DNA from: Gemmatimonadota bacterium
GTDB taxonomy: Bacteria; Gemmatimonadota; Gemmatimonadetes; Longimicrobiales; Gaopeijiaceae
Length of the DNA stretch: 45,847 bases
Direction of reading: 5' to 3'
NCBI GenBank assembly: GCA_039589315.1
Contig: JBDHHQ010000030.1
Location: 1 to 45,847 of the forward strand
In this document: positions 10,376 through 19,008 of the stretch, piece after piece
Numbering within the stretch: position 1 is the stretch's first letter
How the letters are laid out: each line of letters starts with the position of its first letter
Position numbers and translations under genes: made by a program
The notes under the pieces: model-generated
Seen by the model: only the letters and a program-made list of their open reading frames with translations
Told to the model about the DNA's origin: nothing
Database searches by the model: none

Positions 10376-13056
10376 GCGGGACGTCCGCCCACCAGCGAGC
10401 GCACCACGGCGGCGCCCGAGGCGAGGGCGTCGTCGAGCTTCTCCGGGTGGGCGACGCCGGCCTGAGCCATGTGGGGACGTCCCCCACCCCGTCCGCCGAC
10501 CGCGGCGGCCACCTCGCGGATGACGACGTCCGCGCGAATGCCCCTGCCGATCAGGTCGTCGCTGACGAACGCGAACAACGTGTACTTGCCGCCCGGCAGC
10601 TCGGCCGCCACGACGGCGACCCCCGGAGACTTGGCCTCGAGAAAGGCGTCTCCCCAGCGCCGCACGTCGTCAGCGTCCCTCGCTCTGAGACGCATGCCTT
10701 CGTAGTGGAGCGTCTTGTCGCCACCGAGAGCAACGTCCTCTTGAGTGACGGTCGTCTCGGCCGCTGCCCCGCCTTTCCGCAGCTCCTTGAGGAGGCTCTC
10801 GAGCTCCCGGTTCTCGTCTACGAGGTGCGCCACGCGTCGGTCCAGGTTGTCCGGCGTGGTCTTGAGCCGGGCCGCCACCTGATTCAGGCGCCCGGCGAGC
10901 TCCGCGAAGTAGCTGAACGCTCCCGGTCCCGTCACGGCTTCGATCCGGCGCACGCCGGCCGCGATACCACTCTCGGAGACGATCTTCAACAGGCCGATCT
11001 CGCCGGTGTGCCGCACGTGCGTGCCGCCGCAGAGCTCCATGCTCACGTCGGGGATTCGCACGACCCTGACCACGTCTCCGTACTTCTCGCCGAAGAGGGC
11101 CATGGCACCCGCCGACACCGCCTCGTCGTAGGGCACGAACGACGTTTCCACAGGATGATCGGCCCAGATACCGTCGTTCACCCGCGTCTCCACCCGGTCC
11201 AGCTCATCGGGCGTCATGGGTGCCGTGTGGGAGAAGTCGAAGCGGAGCCGATCCGGCGCCACCAGGGACCCTCGCTGGGCCACGTGCCCGCCCAGGACGC
11301 TCCGAAGGGCGGCGTGGAGCAGGTGCGTCGCCGTGTGATTCCGCTCGGTGTCGTGCCGCACCCGGCCCTCGACTCGGGCTCGGGCCTTCGCCGCGCCGGA
11401 CCCGGCCACGAGCTCTCCAGTGAGAGGTCCGAACACGGCTACGTTGCGCCCGACGCGCTCCACGTCCTCCACGACGACCGACCACCCCTCCCCGCTCACG
11501 ACGCCGGAGTCGGAGACCTGTCCGCCCGCCTCGAGGTAGAAGGGATTATCCCGGAGTTGCAGGCCGACCCGACCGTTCCGGAGCCAGACGGCCAGGACAT
11601 GGGTGTCGACCTCGGTGGCGCGGTAGCCCGCGAACTCCTGTTCCGCGTCCGGGTCGAGCACGATCCACCCCTCCTCGCCCTGGGCCCCGCGCTCGTACGT
11701 CGCGCGGTCCGCCCGGCTGCGCTCCCGCTGAGCGGCGATGGCCGTCTCGAACCCCTGCTGGTCGATCCGGTAGCCCCGCTCCCGAGCCATGAGGTCCGTC
11801 AGGTCCGGCGGGAAGCCGAACGTGTCGTAGAGGCGAAACACCTCGTCGCCGGGGATGACGGGCCGCGCTTCGTCGCCGGCATCGAGGCGGGAGGCTACGG
11901 CGCGGTCCAGGACCGGAGCGATCTGATCGAAGCGGCTCATCCCACCCTCGATCGTCCGGAGGAAGCGCTCCTCCTCGTCGCGGGTCGTCGTGAGAATGTG
12001 GCTCCGCTGCTCGACCAGGGCTGGGTAGGCCTCGCCCATGACGTCCACGACCGCGTCGGCCACGTGCACCAACGTGGGCTCTCGGCACCCGAGCAGCCAC
12101 GCGTGGCGCACGGCCCGCCGGAGGATGCGCCGCAGGACGTAGCCCCGACCCTCGTTCGAGGGATAGACCTCGTCGGAGAGCAGGAAGGCCACCGCCCGGG
12201 CGTGGTCCGCGAGTACGCGGTAGCTGAGACCGGCTGCGGAAGCGGGGTCGTACGGCGTCCCCACGACCTCCACCGCCCGGTCGATCAGGGGACGAAACAA
12301 GTCCGTGTGGAAATTCGAGTCGACGCCCTGCAGCACGGCCGCGATCCGTTCCAGGCCCGCACCGGTGTCGATGGACGGCGCAGGAAGGGGATGAAGCTCC
12401 CCCGACTGGTCCCGATCGAACTGCATGAAGACCAGATTCCAGAGCTCCAGGAATTCACCGGCTTCGCCCCTGACCTCGAACTCCTCCGTCGGAAGCGTCG
12501 TGCTCCACTCCGACTCCGGACGGAGATCGTAGTGGAGCTCCGAACAGGGACCGCACGGCCCCGTGTCCGCCATCTGCCAGAAGTTGTCCTTGTCGCCCAG
12601 GCGATACACGCGTTCCGGCGGCAGGCCGGCCACCTCGGTCCACAGCTCCGCGGCCTCGTCGTCGGTGTGATGAACGGTTGCGTACAGGCGCTCGGGGTCG
12701 AGGCCGTATACCCCCGTCAGCAGCTCCCATGCGTACGCGATGGCATCACGCTTGAAGTAGTCACCGAACGAGAAATTGCCCAACATCTCGAAGAAGGTGT
12801 GGTGCCGGGCCGTCTGCCCCACCTGCTCCAGGTCGTTGTGCTTTCCGCCGGCCCGAACGCACTTCTGGGACGTCGTCGCCCGGACGTACGGGACGGACTC
12901 GAGGCCGAGGAACACCCTCTTGAACTGTACCATCCCCGCGTTGGTGAACAGCAGGGTCGGATCGTCGGCCGGGACCAGGGAGGAGCTGGGCCGAATCTCG
13001 TGGCCGCGCTCCGCGAAGTAGTCGAGGAAGCGACGGCGAACTTCCGAAGCCTTCAT
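10372..13056 (-). CDS. alaS: Alanine--tRNA ligase
   Basis: LLFTNAGMVQFK, HHTFFEMLGNFSFGDYFK, GPCGPCSE, editing HTATH and ELCGGTH, C-terminal GGRGGG. Start ATG 13056. Confidence 0.98.
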   Translation of the reverse strand: MKASEVRRRFLDYFAERGHEIRPSSSLVPADDPTLLFTNAGMVQFKRVFLGLESVPYVRATTSQKCVRAGGKHNDLEQVGQTARHHTFFEMLGNFSFGDYFKRDAIAYAWELLTGVYGLDPERLYATVHHTDDEAAELWTEVAGLPPERVYRLGDKDNFWQMADTGPCGPCSELHYDLRPESEWSTTLPTEEFEVRGEAGEFLELWNLVFMQFDRDQSGELHPLPAPSIDTGAGLERIAAVLQGVDSNFHTDLFRPLIDRAVEVVGTPYDPASAAGLSYRVLADHARAVAFLLSDEVYPSNEGRGYVLRRILRRAVRHAWLLGCREPTLVHVADAVVDVMGEAYPALVEQRSHILTTTRDEEERFLRTIEGGMSRFDQIAPVLDRAVASRLDAGDEARPVIPGDEVFRLYDTFGFPPDLTDLMARERGYRIDQQGFETAIAAQRERSRADRATYERGAQGEEGWIVLDPDAEQEFAGYRATEVDTHVLAVWLRNGRVGLQLRDNPFYLEAGGQVSDSGVVSGEGWSVVVEDVERVGRNVAVFGPLTGELVAGSGAAKARARVEGRVRHDTERNHTATHLLHAALRSVLGGHVAQRGSLVAPDRLRFDFSHTAPMTPDELDRVETRVNDGIWADHPVETSFVPYDEAVSAGAMALFGEKYGDVVRVVRIPDVSMELCGGTHVRHTGEIGLLKIVSESGIAAGVRRIEAVTGPGAFSYFAELAGRLNQVAARLKTTPDNLDRRVAHLVDENRELESLLKELRKGGAAAETTVTQEDVALGGDKTLHYEGMRLRARDADDVRRWGDAFLEAKSPGVAVVAAELPGGKYTLFAFVSDDLIGRGIRADVVIREVAAAVGGRGGGRPHMAQAGVAHPEKLDDALASGAAVVRSLVGGRPA

Positions 13057-13142
13057 CGTCGTATGTGACGCTCTTTCAACGAATTCAGCGGCGCCCCAGG
13101 GGCACCGCAGGGAGCCCTCAAGATAACCAGGCCCGAGCGCGG

Positions 13143-13184
13143 ATGAAATGAACGGGGCCCGACGGCGCATCCGTCGGGCCCCGT
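13143..13184 (-). terminator. Intrinsic terminator after recA
   Basis: Perfect 14-bp stem ACGGGGCCCGACGG / CCGTCGGGCCCCGT (13152-13184) with 5-nt loop, followed on the minus strand by TCATTTCAT. Confidence 0.8.
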
Positions 13185-13217
13185 GGGTACCGAGCGAAGG
13201 ACAGGTCGCCTCGCCCG

Positions 13218-14288
13218 TCAGGCCTCCACGCCCGCCGGCTCCGGAGAGGCCGCATCGGTGGACGGGGCCGTCTCTTCCGTGGGAGCCATTCCCAGCACCG
13301 CCTTCAGCCGGGCTTCTACCTCTTCGGCGATGTCCCGGTTCTCGTCGAGGAAGAGCTTGGCGTTCTCCTTCCCCTGTCCCAGTCGCAGGTCACCGTAGGA
13401 GTACCACGAGCCCGACTTGTCCACGATGCCGTGCTCCACGCCCAGATCGATGAGAAGGGCGTTGTGGCTGATGCCTTCGTCGTAGATGATGTCGAACTCC
13501 GACTGCTTGAACGGCGGCGCACACTTGTTTTTCACCACCTTCACCCGGGTGCGGTTGCCGATCAGGTCCTGACCGTCCTTGATGGCCCCGATGCGGCGAA
13601 TGTCCAGTCGAAGCGACGCGTAGAACTTGAGGGCCCGTCCCCCGGAGGTGGTCTCCGGGTTCCCGAACATGACACCCACCTTTTCCCGGATCTGGTTGGT
13701 GAAGATGACTGCCGTGTTCGACCGGTTGACCGCACCGGTGAGCTTCCTGAGCGCCTGACTCATGAGCCGGGCCTGGAGGCCCACGTGGGTGTCCCCCATC
13801 TCACCCTCGATCTCCGCCCGGGGAACCAGGGCTGCCACGGAGTCCACGACGACCACGTCCACCGCATTGCTGCGAATCAGCACCTCGGCGATCTCCAGCG
13901 CCTGCTCCCCGGTGTCGGGTTGCGAGACCAGGAGATTGTCCACGTCCACGCCGAGCTTCCGCGAGTAGTTCACGTCCAACGCGTGCTCGGCGTCGATGAA
14001 CGCGGCGATGCCGCCTTCGCGCTGGGCGTTCGCGATGACGTGGAGACAGAGCGTCGTCTTGCCGCTGGATTCGGGGCCGTAGATCTCGCTGATACGACCT
14101 CGGGGGATCCCGCCGATGCCGATGGCGGCGTCCAGGTTCAGGGCCCCGGTGGGAATCGCCTCGATGTGGAGCTTCGCCGCTTCTGCCCCCATCCGCATGA
14201 TGGCGCCCTTGCCGAAGGCTCGCTCGATCTGGCTGATGGCCGTGCCCAGCGCCTTGTTTTTCCTGTCGTCAGTCTGCATCGGGGCCAT
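13218..14288 (-). CDS. recA: Recombinase RecA
   Basis: [45 protein letters not shown]. Start ATG 14288 after GAGG (ATG 14279 also possible). Confidence 0.99.
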   Translation of the reverse strand: MAPMQTDDRKNKALGTAISQIERAFGKGAIMRMGAEAAKLHIEAIPTGALNLDAAIGIGGIPRGRISEIYGPESSGKTTLCLHVIANAQREGGIAAFIDAEHALDVNYSRKLGVDVDNLLVSQPDTGEQALEIAEVLIRSNAVDVVVVDSVAALVPRAEIEGEMGDTHVGLQARLMSQALRKLTGAVNRSNTAVIFTNQIREKVGVMFGNPETTSGGRALKFYASLRLDIRRIGAIKDGQDLIGNRTRVKVVKNKCAPPFKQSEFDIIYDEGISHNALLIDLGVEHGIVDKSGSWYSYGDLRLGQGKENAKLFLDENRDIAEEVEARLKAVLGMAPTEETAPSTDAASPEPAGVEA

Positions 14289-14375
14289 CTCGTCCTCGCT
14301 GTTGAACGTCCTTCGTGGGGTCTTTGGGCCGCTTCCGCGAGCCTCCGGCCGGGAGCGTTCCGGGGAGGCGGCTCC

Positions 14376-14404
14376 AAGGTACAACACCCGAAGAGAAAGC
14401 GAAA
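14376..14404 (-). promoter_or_regulatory. Candidate recA promoter overlapped by a TTCG-N7-TTCG direct repeat
   Basis: Minus strand TTTCGC-N17-TACCTT; CGAA at 14389-14392 and 14400-14403. Confidence 0.4.
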
Positions 14405-14620
14405 GGGTCTCCGGGTGACACGTTCAACCTATGTCCCCTGCACGGGCGTCGAAATGCCCTGGTGGGATCTTCGGGCGATCCGGATATTCGATGCACCGAG
14501 CTCCGCTCGGCCCGGAGGTCGTGGAACCCGGCCCACCTCGGAGCGAGTTCGGCTGCCGACCCCCGGGACGCCCCGGCCGAAGCCGGCCGGCACCCGGAGA
14601 CGACCCGATCCGGAAGCGGG

Positions 14621-16036
14621 ATGACCAGAACGCGCGAATACGACCTCGTAGCCATCGGTGGCGGCACGGCCGGCCTCGTCTCCGGAGCCGGAGCTGCCTA
14701 CATCGGTGCCAGCTCCGCCATCGTAGAGAAGCACCGCCTGGGTGGAGACTGTCTCTGGACCGGGTGCGTGCCGTCGAAGGCCCTGATCGCCTCGGCCCGG
14801 CTCGCCCACGCCATGCGGAACGCGGATCGACTGGGTCTCGTGGGGGCGTCTCCAGCACAAGCCTTCGCAGACATCATGGCACGGGTCCACCGCGCTCGGG
14901 CTACGGTGGCCCGGCACGACGATCCCGAGCGCTTTCGAGCCATGGGCGTGGACGTCCACCTGGGCCACGCGCGGTTCCTGGGCCCGGACACGCTGGAGGT
15001 GGACGGCATTGGCCCCATCCGCTCGAAGCGCATCGTCATCGCCTCGGGCGCCCGGCCCGTCGCACCCCCGATCCCGGGTCTGGACCAGGCGGGTTACGTC
15101 GACCACGAATCCGCCTTCGAGCAGCATCACCTGCCTCGACGGATCGTCGTCCTCGGCGGTGGCCCCGTCGGGCTGGAGTTCGCACAGGTCTACGCGCGGC
15201 TGGGGGCCGCGGTGACGGTCCTCGAGAAGCTGCCCCGACTCCTGCAGCGGGAGGATCCGGACGTAAGCGAGCTCATGAGGACGTCGCTCGAATCGGAGGG
15301 CGTGCGCGTGCTCACGGGAACCGCGCCGACGAAGGTGGAAGCGTGCCCGGGAGGCAAGGTGGTCTCCACCTCCTCCGGAACGGTGATCGAGGCCGACGAG
15401 ATCTTCGTGGCGACCGGCCGGCGGCCCAACACGGCCGGCCTCGACCTGGAGCGGGCCGGCGTCGAGCTCGACGGCGCGGCGATCCGGGTGGATCGGACGC
15501 TGCGCACGACCGCGCCCACGGTATGGGCGGCCGGAGACGTCACCGGTGGACTCCAGTTCACCCACGTGGCCGACTACATGGCGAAGACGGTGCTTCGGAA
15601 CGCCGTCTTCCCGGGGAGGGCCCGTGTGGACTACGGACAGGTCCCGGGGGTGACCTACACGGATCCGGAGGTGGCTCGCGTGGGGCTGAGCCAGGCGGAG
15701 GCCGAGGAGCGGGGCGGCCACACCTATACGTACGACTTCTCGGATCTCGACCGGGCCATCGTCGACGGTGACACCCGGGGCATGGTCAAGATCTCCGCCG
15801 ACAGGAAGGGACGCATCCTCGGCGCCACCATCGTCGGAGGAGACGCCGGCGAGCTGATCTTCCCGGTGGTTCTGGCGATGAAGCACGGCCTCACCCTGGC
15901 GCAGGTCTCGAACACGATCTTTCCGTATCCCACGAGGGTAGAGGGCGTGAAGCGGGCGGCAGACGCCTTCCAGCGCTCGCGGCTGGAGGGGCTCGGGGGC
16001 ACCGTGCTCAGGAAGGTGGTGTCGTGGCTGACGTGA
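14621..16036 (+). CDS. Class I pyridine nucleotide-disulfide oxidoreductase (MerA/LpdA-like flavoprotein)
   Basis: GGGTAG FAD loop, GGDCLWTGCVPSK redox disulfide, GGGPVGLE, AAGDV, C-terminal PYPT. Start ATG 14621. Confidence 0.92.
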   Translation: MTRTREYDLVAIGGGTAGLVSGAGAAYIGASSAIVEKHRLGGDCLWTGCVPSKALIASARLAHAMRNADRLGLVGASPAQAFADIMARVHRARATVARHDDPERFRAMGVDVHLGHARFLGPDTLEVDGIGPIRSKRIVIASGARPVAPPIPGLDQAGYVDHESAFEQHHLPRRIVVLGGGPVGLEFAQVYARLGAAVTVLEKLPRLLQREDPDVSELMRTSLESEGVRVLTGTAPTKVEACPGGKVVSTSSGTVIEADEIFVATGRRPNTAGLDLERAGVELDGAAIRVDRTLRTTAPTVWAAGDVTGGLQFTHVADYMAKTVLRNAVFPGRARVDYGQVPGVTYTDPEVARVGLSQAEAEERGGHTYTYDFSDLDRAIVDGDTRGMVKISADRKGRILGATIVGGDAGELIFPVVLAMKHGLTLAQVSNTIFPYPTRVEGVKRAADAFQRSRLEGLGGTVLRKVVSWLT

Positions 16037-17529
16037 AGGTCGAGGCCAGGGGAGACTCACGCGCCCTGGTGAAGCTCTTGCTCCTCGGCATCATCCTGGT
16101 GGCCGGGTTCCTCGCGGTCCGGGTCACGCCCCTGGGTGACCTGCTCACCCGACATGGCGTGACGAGCAGCCTTCAGCAGCTCCGGGGCTCCGTCTGGGGC
16201 CCCCTTCTCTTCATCGCCCTCTACGCGGGTGCGACGGCGCTGGCCATTCCCGGCTCCATCCTGACCCTGGCGGGCGGGGCCATCTTCGGAGTCTTCTGGG
16301 GCACGGTGTTCAACTCCATCGCCGCCAACATCGGCGCCAATCTGGCGTTTCTGACGGCGCGGCTTCTCGGCCGCGAAGGGGTGGAGCGCCTCTCCGGTGG
16401 CCGGCTCGAGAAGCTCGACCGGGCCACGCGCGAGCACGGCTTCAAGGGACTCCTCACGCTCCGGTTGATCCCTTTGGTCCCGTTCAACGCGCTGAACTTC
16501 GGCTCGGGGCTCACGGCAATCTCCTGGCCTGCGTACGCGGTGGCGACGCTCATAGGCATCTTCCCGGGAACGGTGGTATACACGAACTTCGCCGACGCCC
16601 TGCTGCAGGGGTCCCAGGAGGCCTCTCGGGAGGCGCTGATCCGGGTCGCGATCTCCGGCGCTCTTCTCATTCTGCTGAGCATGGTGCCCGCGATTCTCCG
16701 GAGACTCCGGGTGCGGGTGCCGGGCAGCGTCGCCCTGGTCCTGGTGGCGCTGACGTGGCCCAGCGGCGCCGACGCCCAGGGGACCTCGGCGAGCCTCCGC
16801 GACCACGCGCTCTTCACCGAGCTCCTCTCCGCTCACGTCGAGATGCCCCGCGTCGACTATCGAGGGCTCCAGGCGGACGCTGCATCCCTGGAGCTCTACC
16901 TCGTTGGGCTGGCCGCCACCGACCCGGACGAGCTCGCCGCTGCTCCGACCGACGTCCGACTGGCCTTCTGGATCAACGCCTACAACGCCTGCATGCTCAA
17001 ACAGGTGGTCGATCACTACCCCATCCAGAAGGCCGGTGGCCTCATCAACGCGGTGAAGAACACGGTCACGGGCCGACCGGCGAACTCCGTGTGGCAGATC
17101 GACAATGTCTTCACGAGACCGTTCTGCAACGTGGCCGGTCAGGCGCGCTCCCAGGATGAGATCGAGCACGAGATCATCCGGCCCATGGGCGACCCCCGCA
17201 TCCACTTCGCGGTGAACTGCGCCGCCCGGAGCTGCCCGCCCCTGCTGGACGAGGCGTACGTCGCCGACCGGCTCGACGACCAGCTCGATGCGGCGGTGCG
17301 CCGCCTGACGGAGGACGACGAGCACCTGCGGCTGGAGCGCGGCGACGACCCGGGGGTCCGCCTGAACAAGGTCCTCGACTGGTACAAGGAGGACTTCGGC
17401 GGGGATGAGGGCCTGAAGCGCTTCCTGGCTCCGTACGTGCCCGAGGCGGACCGGGGATTCGTGGAGGATGCCGGTACCCGTGTCCGCTACTTCGAGTACG
17501 ACTGGACGCTCAACGACGTGGCGCGGTGA
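16024..17529 (+). CDS. TVP38/DedA (VTT-domain) membrane protein fused to DUF547
   Basis: N-half: IPGSILTLAGGAIFG, LRLIPLVPFNALNFGSG, GIFPGT. C-half: LAFWINAYNA, IEHEIIR, DPRIHFAVNCAARSCP, WYKEDF, YDWTLND. Confidence 0.9.
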   Translation: MADVKVEARGDSRALVKLLLLGIILVAGFLAVRVTPLGDLLTRHGVTSSLQQLRGSVWGPLLFIALYAGATALAIPGSILTLAGGAIFGVFWGTVFNSIAANIGANLAFLTARLLGREGVERLSGGRLEKLDRATREHGFKGLLTLRLIPLVPFNALNFGSGLTAISWPAYAVATLIGIFPGTVVYTNFADALLQGSQEASREALIRVAISGALLILLSMVPAILRRLRVRVPGSVALVLVALTWPSGADAQGTSASLRDHALFTELLSAHVEMPRVDYRGLQADAASLELYLVGLAATDPDELAAAPTDVRLAFWINAYNACMLKQVVDHYPIQKAGGLINAVKNTVTGRPANSVWQIDNVFTRPFCNVAGQARSQDEIEHEIIRPMGDPRIHFAVNCAARSCPPLLDEAYVADRLDDQLDAAVRRLTEDDEHLRLERGDDPGVRLNKVLDWYKEDFGGDEGLKRFLAPYVPEADRGFVEDAGTRVRYFEYDWTLNDVAR

Positions 17530-18194
17530 ACGGCAACGCGGCTGGGGACCCGCCGGCCTCGCCCATACCCCCCAGCGGGGCACCCGCGGTTCTGCTCGTA
17601 TTCGCCAAGGCGCCGGTGGCGGGCCGGGTCAAGACGCGGCTCGCCGCTGACGTAGGGGCCCAGGCGGCGGCAGCCATCTACCGGCTCATGGGACGCACCG
17701 TGGTGGACGCGGTTCGGGGCGGGCCCTGGCGGACCGTGGTGTGCTACCACCCTCCCGACGCCTTGGCCGAGGTCCGGGCCTGGCTGGGCGAGGAGCTGGA
17801 GTACTGGGCTCAGCAGGGAGCCGACCTGGGCACCCGCATGGATCAGGCCCTCCGCCGCGCGCTCGGCTCGGCCCGCCGGGCCTGCCTGATCGGCACCGAC
17901 ACCCCGGCCGTGGACGCCATCCGGGTGCGCGAGGCGTTCACCGCTCTCGAGGGGGCCCATGTGGTCTTCGGGCCGGCCAACGACGGAGGCTACTACCTCC
18001 TCGGCCTGCGGGAGCCGGCCCCCGAGCTGTTCCGGCAGATCCCGTGGGGCACCTCACAGGTCCTGGCGCGCAGCACGGCAGAGGCCGCGGCCGCCGACCT
18101 GTCCGTGGCGCTCCTCGCTCCGCTGGATGACGTAGACACGGTCTCGAACCTGACGGACTACCCGGACCTCGCCCGCGTGATCGACGGCGTCTGA
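17526..18194 (+). CDS. TIGR04282 / DUF2064 family GT-A-fold transferase (often annotated arsenosugar biosynthesis glycosyltransferase)
   Basis: FAKAPVAGRVKTRL, QGADLGTRM, IGTDTP, GPANDGGYYLLG, IPWGT, DVDT. Confidence 0.9.
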   Translation: MNGNAAGDPPASPIPPSGAPAVLLVFAKAPVAGRVKTRLAADVGAQAAAAIYRLMGRTVVDAVRGGPWRTVVCYHPPDALAEVRAWLGEELEYWAQQGADLGTRMDQALRRALGSARRACLIGTDTPAVDAIRVREAFTALEGAHVVFGPANDGGYYLLGLREPAPELFRQIPWGTSQVLARSTAEAAAADLSVALLAPLDDVDTVSNLTDYPDLARVIDGV

Positions 18195-18398
18195 GGCCCG
18201 GGCCCCGAGGACCACCGCACTCGGGGGCCATGCATCTGCGGAAGCCGGCGAACTCGGGGACTCCGGTTCGGCCAGCTACGTCCTTCCCGCTGTTACGTCG
18301 ACATCATGGAAGGGCGGGGACGGTTCGGTTGCGAGAGGGGAGTCCCCTGTCCATCTTCCCGTCCCCGCGCATCCATGCACCACCAACGGCCATAGCCC

Positions 18399-18842
18399 GT
18401 GTTCGAGAACCGCGACTCCCAAGTGCATGCCCCGGAGGGCCGCAACCGGCTGCGCTTCGAAGCTATCGACTTCGAGTGCTTCCCCGACGGGCGCTGCACC
18501 GCATCGGTGGAGCTCGAAGGGAAGGGTGGGGAACACTTCCAAGGACGAGCCGAGGGTACCCACACCCTCCAGGGCGGCCTCCGCGCCGGAGCCCTGGCCG
18601 CCCTGCGCGCCACCGAGAGCGCGGCCGAGGGTCGGCTCAAGCTGGAGTTCGTGGGGGTCAAAGCGGTGCGCGCCTTCGACGCCTGGGTGACCATCGCCGC
18701 GGTGCGGGCACGGAGCGAAGCGAAGGCCTATAACCTGCTGGGCTCGTACGCGGATCTCGAGGACCCGACCCCACGGAGCGCCGCTCTGGCGCTACTGGAC
18801 GCCACGAACCGCGTCATGGAGAGGTACCTCAAGCTCGACTGA
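18399..18842 (+). CDS. Hypothetical protein
   Basis: Only ORF in the gap with normal composition; ends SAALALLDATNR, reminiscent of LeuA regulatory-domain-like folds (inference). Confidence 0.7.
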   Translation: MFENRDSQVHAPEGRNRLRFEAIDFECFPDGRCTASVELEGKGGEHFQGRAEGTHTLQGGLRAGALAALRATESAAEGRLKLEFVGVKAVRAFDAWVTIAAVRARSEAKAYNLLGSYADLEDPTPRSAALALLDATNRVMERYLKLD

Positions 18843-18944
18843 GGAACACGCCTGCTCGACACGAGCAGGCCTTCGCTTCCGACAGCAACGCTCGCGTCCG
18901 AAGGATCCCTCTCGTCTCCGAGCCCCGGACCCAGAGACCATACG

Positions 18945-18981
18945 AAGAAGACGCCCCGACCCTCCGAAGAGGGCCGGGGCG
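18945..18981 (-). terminator. Intrinsic terminator of the YjbH-like gene (possibly bidirectional)
   Basis: Minus strand CGCCCCGGCCCTC-TTCG-GAGGGTCGGGGCG (cUUCGg tetraloop, one G-U pair) followed by TCTTCTT; lies between convergent genes. Confidence 0.8.
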
Positions 18982-19008
18982 GTGTTGTCTTCTCCGAGAC
19001 CCGGACGC

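Noticed and set aside
10447..13068. Long antisense ORFs (873 aa here; also 5144-6979, 24538-26631, 27243-29498, 31483-33288)
   Set aside because: They mirror well-supported genes on the other strand, lack motifs, and are expected in high-GC DNA
14523..14549. GGAAC-N19-GTT SigR/SigH-like promoter before the flavoprotein
   Set aside because: Short, off-consensus spacing, single instance
14621..16036. Call as merA or lpdA
   Set aside because: No C-terminal Cys-Cys or metal-binding domain, no mer genes, and the LpdA catalytic His is replaced (PYPT)
16034..16036. Selenocysteine readthrough at this TGA or at 18192-18194
   Set aside because: Both proteins appear complete at the stop, the first overlaps the next gene's start, and no aligned Cys position or SECIS could be supported
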